DNA of 64,000 nucleotides, taken from positions 91,907-155,906 of the forward strand of contig NMRA01000236.1 of assembly GCA_002633005.1 (NCBI GenBank), read 5' to 3'. Position 1 is the stretch's first letter, and each line of letters starts with the position of its first letter. The stretch comes from Phoronis australis. Taxonomy: Eukaryota; Animalia; Phoronida. The position numbers and the translations under genes were made by a program. Below are positions 53,712 through 64,000 of the stretch, piece by piece. The notes beneath the pieces were generated by a model. That model made no database searches, was not told the origin of the DNA, and was given only the letters and a program-made list of their open reading frames with translations.

Positions 53712-56700
53712 CTACATGTTGTTCACTTCCATGGCTGGGTTATCGATGCCGCCCTCCTCTCCCTCGTGAAGATAAGCCAGTTCGATGTCTTTGCTCTTCC
53801 GATCCTTTTTCACGTATTCTTCGTCGTCAGAGAGGTTGTATGAAGCGGTAGAATCGGGATATTCTACGCAATAAAGAAATCGCCAACTAGTGTGTTGCAG
53901 TAGTCGGTATTTTAATAACGATTGTTGGTGTGAAAAGTAACAAAAAAAAAACAAGAATTTCATGGAATTTTTTTTGAAACATTGAGTATTTTTTAGTTTT
54001 TATGTTATTTTTGTAAGAACCAATTATTTTCTTGGAATATAAAGCATTAGAAGCCGTATTTTCTCTATAAAACTTTTCAAGTCACCCGCCAAAGACTATA
54101 TGTACAAAAAACTTATCAACTCGTAAAGTTTAGAAATGTTTTAATTCTTGTTGGAACCGCGATTAAGACTTGAAAACCACATTCAACCGATTGTTACATG
54201 TCATACCTTGAAACGAATTATGATCTTTGATCCATAAACACACACAAAAACAAAGCTGCGTGTCCCTGAATTCTCTAACAATAATCGCAGGAAATTTAAT
54301 CGATATCCTCAGAAATTTATGAAACATCCGTAACAGTAAATGGCAACGACCACAACGTGCTTGAAGAAAAACTTCAAAACTTTGTGGAAACTCACGAAAA
54401 CAAGGAATCGGCAACTTTAAAATATCCAAAAAGCCTAAGCAATGATCTTGAGAGCTATCTACCCCTCTTCCTTTACCATTCGACTAGAAAAGATAGTGTG
54501 CATACTCCCATTTCTTGTTACTTACTTTTAAACTGGTGAACGACACACTCCGTTATCAAATAGATGAGCACAATGAATGCCAAGTATCCGAACCAAAGGC
54601 CCCATAACAGTCTGCCTGCGTCTCCTATGAACACTCCCAGAGAGATGTTGATTAATGATAGAACCAGAGCTATTCTGCCGGAGTTTTTGTGCCACCACCG
54701 CCAACAGGTGGTCCTGGCGTCGTTTTCGCCCTCCCGGACTAATCTACAGGCCCCACTGCAAAGTATATCAGTATTGGAAAGATTTTGCAGCATTCACATT
54801 GCATGCATGAGCGAGAAATCCATCTGAGTTTCATCGCGTGATTTCTTGTATGTGGATATTTTGTAAAGAACATAGGTTATGTAGTTATAAGCCCATCGAT
54901 GACAAGTATTTCGCAGTAAATAATTCGGTGAAAGCCCATAATTGTATGTTAAATCCCAAAGTACTGAACGTGTTTTGCTTGCATTGTTGAAAATAAGAAA
55001 GATCAAACAATTTCGCTGTACTCACATCACCAAATTTTCATAACCTTTTAGCTAGAACACCTATAAATGGATTATGTTCGTGAACAGGATACCACTAAGA
55101 CGGGGATTTAACGGAGGTAAGCGGCAGGTGTCGAGTGTTGTACTTACGGTATGCCGTTTAGGAACTGCTGCAACCCAATCACCATGACAATCAATCCCAG
55201 AATGCCGTGGACAGACCTGAAGTGGTGGAACTGCACAAGGCAGACGGCGCAGCCGAAGCCGACTAATGCCACTAGGTAACCAAATATCTGAAGGAGAAAA
55301 TTGGTCACTAGTAACTAAATTCAAATACAGTCACAAGTCACGTGGTCTCGAGCAATGCATAACTGTCATTTCTCTTCAAGCTCAGAAACCTCTTTTCTTC
55401 GAGGCAGGGAACACGGGTCTGTTTCATGAAAGTGCCTTAAGACCACGGAAATTTCATTTTACGCTCCCAACTTCACAACTGCTAAAAAAGGTTTAGCGAA
55501 GTAATTATGAGCGGAACACAGTGTAGAAATAATTTTTAGAAATTATCTCAGCAAATTGCGTATACATTCTTAGGAACTTCGGAAATTTGCTCATATGAAA
55601 GTTAGTTATTTTTCTAAAACTGTCGTGCGGAACCTACGACTAAATTTCTGACTTTTGTTCATGAAACTGATCACAAGTTCAAGGCCATCTTTATAGCGGC
55701 AAGTGATCTAAGTCAAAAGTTCTGGCCATTTGGCGCCAAAACAAACTTGTTTTCTGCGAACATTGTATGTAGGAATAGGTTGTCCGAATTATCTAAATGC
55801 AGCAACAAGTTCAAACTATGAACTAAAATGAACCTGGAATGTGAGGTGAATGGGTACTCTGATGACACTTTTCTTGGTTCCGTAGCGAGCCGTGAATCCT
55901 CCCCATTGAATGAAGAAACCCCAGCCTAGTGTCATCATCGTTCCATGCAGCATAATCAGGCTAAAGAAGCTCTGCTTGCACGGCGAAGTCGGTGAGTTGT
56001 TAGCGTCGTCACCAGTGCCATCCAGATGCCATAGATCGTTGTAACTAGAAGACAATGTTTTTAATTCTAGAAATTTCTCCTACGATGGCAAACGACAAGA
56101 ACACTGGTCTGTCTCAGTAAAATGTCGCAACTTTAAGACGTTTTACATTTTGTCTGAACGGAGACTTACGCCAAAACATACGAATGATCGTAAATCTCCG
56201 TTTAGACTTGTAAAACAGGTGTTAAGTTACGACATTTTAGTGAAACAGACCTCAGTATACTATAACGTCAAGCAAGTGTCACCGGTTTCATGTTCCTATT
56301 GTTAAGCAAGTGCCTCTGGGCGTAGATACGTTTAAGTTGTACGACCGGATAAGAATAGATGGATCGTACTACCGCGCGTCACGTTGATATTGTGGAAGTG
56401 CGGATTACTCTTGATGTTTTACGTGAAACCACACCAAGTCGTGGTCTCTTTTCAGGCAATTGGGCTTGAATCCAGTATTTTTATAGTTATATTTATCAAG
56501 GAAACCTTCGACGTCATCAGCAAAGTCAATATTCACCGTGGTACTAAACTACCCGTTTTACTGCAACAAAAAGACAAATACGAACAAACAAGGTCTCCGA
56601 CAATTTCATGTAATTCCAGACTTGCTTTTTGAAACAATACCATGACGTGTATTACCAAAGTACATGTCTAATTCTGCTACAACGCAACGCTAACGTACCT

Positions 56701-59700
56701 TTTTACACCATCGTATCCACCAAAAATAAACACGCCGTCTTTCCCAGTCGCAGCAGACGACGAGAATCGCGCAGATGGCGCTTTCCCCGCAACTTTACGA
56801 ATACTCCAAGACTTTGCGAGTACATCCAAAATGCCCACCTCATCAAGGGCTGGCTTATCATTCTGAAATTATGTTTCAAATGACATTCATAATTCTTTCC
56901 TTTTCCGGCAGTTTCAGTTAGATATTCGTTGCCAATAAGTCTACAAAGTATTTCAACCAGCGATAATAGCAGAGCTCACATTGACTGTAAATATGTGTAT
57001 ATTTTTCGTCTCATAATTTAAAGAAATTGGAGTGTTTCACACGAACACGAGTTGAGTAGAAAATTACACACGCCCACAAACACACACGCACACACACATT
57101 CATGCATACCTACATACATTCATTCATATATACATACACACATACATACATACATACATACATACATACATACATACATACGTACATACATACATACATA
57201 CATACGTACATACATACGTACATGTATTTGTATCAAACCTCTAGGATAGGAATTCCTCATTGAACTCATGCATGTATGAATTGTGTTCATATTCTATTGC
57301 TATAAGAAAGCCTTTCGCGCCAATAGTCTGCATAACCGATGAAGAGCCGCACCCGTTAAGGCTCAAAAGCCAGAGATTTTTAAATAATTACTTCTACCTG
57401 ATTTTAAAGGGTTTACCAATTTCTACATTGTCCATTGTCTCAATGAGACTCGGAGAGGAATTTAGATGATATAGTTACATTTTTAGTAGTTTTCTCTCTA
57501 GTTGTGCATAAGAACATTGCTTTGCACGAATTTGACGGAATTAAAATCAGGATTTAATTTACTAAGTCCAAAAAATTCTGCTTGAACTACATTTAATTGC
57601 AGACTGCTCACCAATAGAACTTGTGACGTTATTGCGTCACTACCATAGATAACTAGTTGCTTTTTGTTGTTGAATTCTGGCAACATGGCGATAGCCGGAT
57701 ACATTTTTGGCGAGAGGCAGTGTGGAAGTTGGGCCTGCCACATCTTATGTCGGCCATTGAAAATCCACGAGTCACCTGTGGGACAAGGTCCTGGGCTGGA
57801 AATAGAGATGATGCTATCAAACAGGTAAAAATAAATGGAAGTAATTTCAAATACTTTTACATTTTTGAATTTAAAATTGGAAGTTCAAAAATGACAGAAC
57901 TGCTCAATAGGCCTCTTGCGACATCACTGTTGCCACGAAGTATAATACTTCGACGCAGCTGGGCCAAGAAACTTAAATGAACAGGATAGAAACGTACAGC
58001 AATAACGGAGGATCTGTCCAAGCTTTTTAACAAGTGAATAGCACAAGAAGGACGTTTACACGAATCGGTTGGTATGTAGGACAACTAGGCCTAACTTACT
58101 TCATGCATCCTCCAAACACAAATAATTCGTCTGGGGCAATCATCACGCCACGAGCTCGTACCCGGTTATGAGGGTGGTCTGGGGAATAAGAACTTGGGTT
58201 GTCGAATTCTGAAAAAGAAGATACACTTTTGTTTATGCTTTAGCTTTGTGCTCACATGTAAAATAAATGTCAGACTGAACGAAAGATGCAGTATGAAAAA
58301 TCCACAGACGACAGAATCATAGATGTTCTTACGAACAAAACACTTACCTTTGAACCAGTTATTTGAGTTGACGTCGTAACTCAGGACACCCGAGTTCGCA
58401 TAAATATCGAGGAATTCGCGGCCACCAGACGTCCCTAGTGCCAAATACAATCTCGACTGCTTTTCGAAGATGCCACCAACAGCGTCAGCGCGTCCTTCTG
58501 TCGATAGTCCATAACCAGTAGAAAGTTCCTTCCAAGTTTCATTTCTAAATGTAAGGCATATTATTGGGAGCAGGCAATTTGGGGCCCTTTGTGCATTCAC
58601 ATGTAAATGATTTAGTATTCATTGCTTAACGTCCCAAGCCATCCTATATTCACAGCCTGCATGTATCTTCAGCGACAATTTTCATCGATAGACATAAAAG
58701 CGCCATAAACAAGCAAAATTAAACAGGTTTTCAATTCATAGGGACATCTGAGAGGTTTTCGAAAGATAGTTACTGTACATATCCACCATTGTTAACAGTA
58801 GGAACAATAGCGAGTTTTCGTTTGTCGATTTTGTTTTGGAAAACTTTCGTCCAACAAAGTTTTCATCAAGAATCACGTTTTCAAATCAGTCGACGTAACA
58901 CTGAGCGGACGAGCAGATTACCACGTTGTATTCTACGAAAAATTTATACTGTCAGTAACGCTGTTTTATTTCGACTGTGCCGTGGGTTTTGCGTCAATTT
59001 ATGCATAATGCTGCTTTAAATACTTCCTTTTTGATCATTTTTTACTTAAAACCTGCAACCTTAGTCCAAAACTATTAAACAACACAGTTATCTTCACTTG
59101 ATGTGTGAATACAAATTTCGAGACACCCTGTTTAAATTAATAAAAGCATTATCTCTCTAACACACTCTACTGTTATCTAACCAGATCATTCTCTTTCGCT
59201 ACTCACTCGAGATCAAAGCGCCACACGTCATTGTAGATAGTCTTGTTTCCTTCACCCATCACCACATAAAAGTAGCTGCCACTCTTCCCAAACACTGAGT
59301 TAAACCTCCTTCCCGGCGACGGCACGGTTTCAACCGCTCGCCATTTTTCTATCAACAAGAGTAATGCTATAGCAGTGGAGACATAGCTCTGGATACAAAG
59401 CTTACAGAAATTCTTTTTCTATAAACATTTTCAGTCGCCTAGTAAGCAATGGTCCATTTAGAGAATCATTTAGAGAATCCGTTTCATCTACTGAACACCG
59501 ACTGTCTTCAGTTGCCTGGCTTCCAAAATCAGAATGTGTCAGAAGAGGCTGTTGTAGAAAGGAGATAATAACTTAAACCTGCTGACTGTGTACGTTGATT
59601 CAGCATTTATTTCAACGCATTTCGTGAAATTGTGTCCTTATGAAGTATTACAACAGCTCTCAGTAGAAAGAGAAAGTGCAAAAAGGTACGCGAAATATTT

Positions 59701-60013
59701 CATTCCAATCAACGGCTCCATCCGTTGTATTGTCCAACATTTTTCCCATAATGAAAGTACACTACAGAGAGAACTTACTTGAACTCACGTCATATATCCA
59801 TGTGTCTCCATACAACATTTCCAACCCGGTGTCGTCTCCTAACCTCCCACCAAAAACGACAACTTTGTCACGGTCAGCGTCGTAGGTCATGGCAGCGTCT
59901 CGTCTTGGCATGGGACCATCAGTAGTATAATTTCCCTCTTGAACTAAGGTCCATTTGAGCTGTGCGACAGTTTCTGGGAGAAAGGCAAGCAGCAATATCC
60001 ATCTCAGCGCCAT
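53712..60013 (-). CDS. Signal peptide + Kelch-repeat beta-propeller + cytochrome b561 membrane protein, ~583 aa. Exons 59779-60013, 59207-59348, 58348-58544, 58100-58208, 57612-57795, 56699-56862, 55834-56044, 55148-55287, 54526-54743 (or 54755), 53712-53863
   Basis: MALRWILLLAFLPETVA signal; Kelch motifs PMPRRDAAM..VVVFGG..YGDTWIYD, PGRRFNS..NDVWRFD, LFVFGG..DSWIF, PSARFSS..VFIFGGYDG..YNDLW; b561 helices LHGTMMTLGWG, IHLTFQ, VHGILGLIV..QFLNG, WRWWHKNSGR. All ten exons are GT-AG and in phase. Confidence 0.88.
57065..57222. repeat. (TACA)n/(CA)n microsatellite
   Basis: Visible run. Confidence 0.95.
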
Positions 60014-61349
60014 TGGTGTGCCTCGATCAGTGGAAATACGAAACAGGAGCACAGAAATTCTGGGTTCGACTGGCTACAAAGAATTTCAAGGAATGATTCA
60101 GATTTCAGCACATTTGAGCCGGGTCAGTAATAACAAGTATGTGATGGTAGAATCTCCAAGGAAAATCGTCGTGAGTTCGATTTCGAGCTGTACTTCACAG
60201 AGAATTATGACGGCAAAGCTTGCACTCTCGACATATAAATTAACTGCTTATCACGTTTCAGTTTCCGTTTTATACTTTCAACATTATGAGGACGAGTGCT
60301 GTTTGAAGTCTAAATTATGCAATAAATTAAGTAACGATTTTCACTACTGTAGCTATTTACAGCGCACAACTCGATACAGACTGAAGAATGACTTAGACTG
60401 TCGCTGTGATACCGTCCCGTTACATCTGTAGCAGTCTGGTTAGCCACATAGTACGAGAGTTTGGATTCTTCTTTTGTATTCTTTCTATATTATTTTTGCT
60501 CCTGAGGCTGTTTTCGAATCATGAATAAGTATTCCAGTTAGGCGTTCACAAAAATGTTTTTCAATTGTTGTTGGGAATAATTGGCCGAATTCCGTCAGTG
60601 AACTACCATTGTGCACTTGTAAAGAAACCATGGGCGGCCTACCTTGCCTTTATCTTTCCCACCGACACAGGCCACTAAAAGGCGTACACTGCATACACTT
60701 TTGTTTTCACGAACTACCAGTCATCGCCCTGCAGTCAGCTAGAAATTGGCAGTGTCCCTAACATCCAACCACAGCTCAGTGTGTGTGTGTGTGCGTGCGT
60801 GTGTGCGTGGATGGGTGTGAGTGAATAAGCCTCTACACCGTTGAATGCGTGTAACAATCGCCGAGCTCGAACTACAGCGACAAATGTACATAACGCGGAC
60901 TTATGGATAATTATACTGCAATGCAATTGTTGGCTTACAAAAAGTTCTCGAGTCCTATTCACTTACCTTCCTATGCTATTGTACATAAGCAAAAAGCAAA
61001 CAATTTGTGCCCTCATTTCCGCGAATTTGATACATTAGCCGCTGTTACGAAGCAAACAAAGGATCCCTAAGCGATCAACTTACCTGATGTCTGTTTTACA
61101 TTAAGGCCAATTTCTTTCCTTTCTCGCAGGTAAAAATGGTCAAGGTCAATAGAAAATGTCAGAAAAAACGTCAGAGTGATTGGGAAGGTCACAGGAAATG
61201 TCTGATCTTACGCTTCATCAAAATCGTTTCACATGTGTATATAGGTGCTCAATCATTCATTTACGACAATAGCAACGAAAACAGGTTTGTTCGAGGACAG
61301 TAATTTGAAATGTGGGTCACGGTTGTACTTGTTTCCACTGATATAAAAG

Positions 61350-62342
61350 CAAGCGAGTAGTCAAGTTGTTTATCAAAATAGGTTCCCGGGCAATATCTTA
61401 ACAAAAACATCACTATTACGGGGTTCAGAAATTTTGGGTTTTGATACCAAAAATTGTGTAAAATTTCTAAACGTCCCTTCTTCTGCGAGGAACGCTGTAG
61501 TCCTCGGTGAGTTTGGGAGCCTTCCTAGCTCTGTTCATTGTCTATCAAAACTGATCAAATTTTGAATAAAGCTATTGGGAATGAGCGATGATAGACTTCT
61601 TAAGGATAATGTTATACTTCAGTTTCACAAATCTGATCGCAAAACGTGGTATACGAAGGTTAAAAATGTTCTAATCACGCATGAATTTGGTTTTGATTGG
61701 ATTTGACAAGATGTTGGAAATAAGATAGTTTTCTCATACAGAAAATAAGTAACTGTGTTACACGGACCTGACATGAAAACATACGTTGTAATAAGAAGTT
61801 TGATTTCTACATGGAATTTAAAACCTTGTTGGGTCCGCAAAAAATATTTGTTCTGCATCAAGGACAAACATTTTAGGACAATCCTTCCCCCTTTTCATAG
61901 TTCGCGTCACTATCTCCGAACAGAACAAGAAAGACATGTATCTCCAGGGAGGACTGTTTGTGAATTTTCTGTTATAACTTACGTAAAGGTAAAATTTAAA
62001 ATGGGTTTCACGTGCTTGTATATTATACACTGGCAATAGGAAATGATTTTTACGGGAGCACTTTTTATTCTAATCCATGTGAACGAAATTTCATTAATCT
62101 TATGCCTTCATAAAATGAATTAGTCATTCAAAATATTAGCTTATTTTTATTGAAGTTATTTGACAATTTTATTGTAAAAGCCTATATTCTATGTGTGATT
62201 TGTGACATTGTTGTTAAATGTTTGTATTGTACGTGTGATATGGGCCAGAGGTCTACATTACCTTATGAAATATACAAAGGCGAGCAGTCAAGTATTTATC
62301 AAAATAAGTCCCCGGGCAATATCTCAGCAAAAGCATCATTAG
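61350..62342 (+). repeat. Pair of diverged ~65-bp direct repeats (61350-61416 and 62278-62342)
   Basis: gcgag.agtcaagt..ttatcaaaata.gt.cccgggcaatatct.a.caaaa.catca.ta in both. Confidence 0.7.
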
Positions 62343-62455
62343 GCAAAAGACGACTGGTTCTCGTGTTTTGTGAAGCTCCCCCATGTGCGTTTTGTCGTCT
62401 GCTCCGCCTTCCGGATTCCTCGGCAGCAGTGTTTTTGAACTGAAGGGCGAATAAA

Positions 62456-62637
62456 CAATTGCAGGCGTTGTACCAGTCGTGCGCAGGCCTCTCAGGTGAT
62501 CATCTGCTTTACTAATGTATAGTTGAGGAGCTAGAAACATGACTCAGGGGTCTAGCAGTGCGCCCCAGTGGGATTCGAACCCATGACCTTGAATAAAGAA
62601 AGCGGAACTTATCCCACTGGACCGGACACCCTGCCTC
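62456..62637 (-). mobile_element. tRNA-derived SINE, same family as 24394-24625
   Basis: Minus strand: gataagttccgctttcttta..ggttcgaatccc..cactgctagacc..gtttctagctcct..gaggcctgcgcacgactggtacaacgcctgcaattg. Confidence 0.8.
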
Positions 62638-64000
62638 ATCATCATTGAAGCAGCCTCCTCAGCTCAAAAACTCCCTTTTAATGGTCTTTCTTTCCGGGGC
62701 TTGAACATGGAATTCGTAATTAGCTTCAATGAAACTAGTTCGATCTCAAAACTGAGATCACATTTGACAGGCATGGCAACCGTTTTTCAACTGCCAATGT
62801 CCCGGATGGTCTCTTTCTTCAGTGAGGATGGGAACCACCTCTAGCATCATGGTCTAGATATTTTGAGACATCTCTTGAGTGCTAACGGAGCCTGGTTATG
62901 ATGTGAAATACGAACAAGACATCCTTTATAACTAACACCGGTACTTTCGGACTACGAGTCCAGAAGTGGCATTCCCATTAGTAGAGTGCACCGGTGTGCT
63001 GTCGGAAGAGGCCCAAAAAGAGAATGTGCCAGCTCGGCCACGGAATGAGTCCCAATATGTGTAGTTAAAAGGGTTTGTGATATCAACTAGATACCGTCAG
63101 TTCCTAGATACCCCTATGCCAAAAACGTGCTGAAATATATTATATCCTGAAGCCTTCCTGACATTGTCTTTTGGGAAGCCCTGCAAATATTTATTTTTGA
63201 TGTGACTCCAAAAGTGAGCATGTGGGCTATATTCCGAAATTTAGTCTCAACATGGGTCATTATTTGAAACCTAGTCACGGAAATTCCTGGTATAACGTAA
63301 ACATGCAGAGACACGATTCACTTATTCCTGGAGGACAGAATACTAATAGTTACCAAAATGACGTGTATGAGACCCCAGTAGTGAACAAATTTAGGTAACG
63401 TCGGAACATCATTTAACAGAAATGGTTGATCAGATTCTAAGGTAAGTTTGAGATACTGTGATTGATTCGAAATTGCATGACCATTTTTGCATGAGGAAGT
63501 ATCTCAGGATTTTTAAGACTTGAAAAACAAAACAATATCTCAAACAAAAACGTAACTATTATTCCTACAATGGTAACAGTTTTTTGAGATTTCATCTTGG
63601 ATATTTTTATCACAGAAATTTAGTCATGTCATCGATACTGTTGTTTTGCTATGAATGCACATTTCTTTTTTGCTTAATTTCGTTGAAAAGAAAAGTTCAA
63701 TTAATGGCCGAATTGATAGCGGATTATGGTAAAATAAAATCAATGTCTTAAGGCTTGCTACTTTCAGAAAGTATTTTCATTTTCTGAGCAATTATTTTGT
63801 ATTTTGTAGATATTTAGCTAAACCCACAAACTTTGTGACAATGTCTCACACGGGATAATGCTGACTTATCTGTCGTCACAAGGTGTAATAAAAGTAAATA
63901 CGACAAAACGGTTTTAAACATCTCAAAACACTTTCCCAGTGTCCCAATCTCAACTTTATAGATAGTCAGTGTTCATAGATGCATTTTGGCGTCAATGGCA

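Noticed and set aside
57397-57500. Extra exon of the Kelch-b561 gene
   Set aside because: No convincing acceptor, and the flanking exons already join in phase.

Overview
AT-rich, intron-rich eukaryotic (invertebrate animal-like) genomic DNA with one assembly gap (N-run ~36355-36643) and several single-N joints. The ORF track is mostly noise because the genes are spliced. Four genes can be assembled by hand with GT-AG boundaries and consistent exon phases: (1) a USF-family bHLH-ZIP transcription factor on + (first coding exon not resolved); (2) HYOU1/GRP170, the ER Hsp70-family chaperone, on - (23 exons, ~1038 aa, ending HNEEL); (3) head-to-head with it on +, a ~531-aa protein joining a J-domain (HPD) to two ZC2HC1-type C2HC zinc fingers; (4) on -, a ~583-aa signal peptide + Kelch-repeat propeller + cytochrome b561 membrane protein with four candidate heme-ligand histidines. 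Genes 3 and 4 have domain combinations I do not recognise from characterised proteins and are the best candidates for undescribed biology. Introns and intergenic DNA hold tRNA-derived SINEs, several MITE-like elements, a LINE remnant, minisatellites (one replicating a splice donor) and a ~1.3-kb duplicated, possibly Helitron-like, element on both sides of HYOU1 exon 1. Coordinates were counted by hand and may be off by a few bases.
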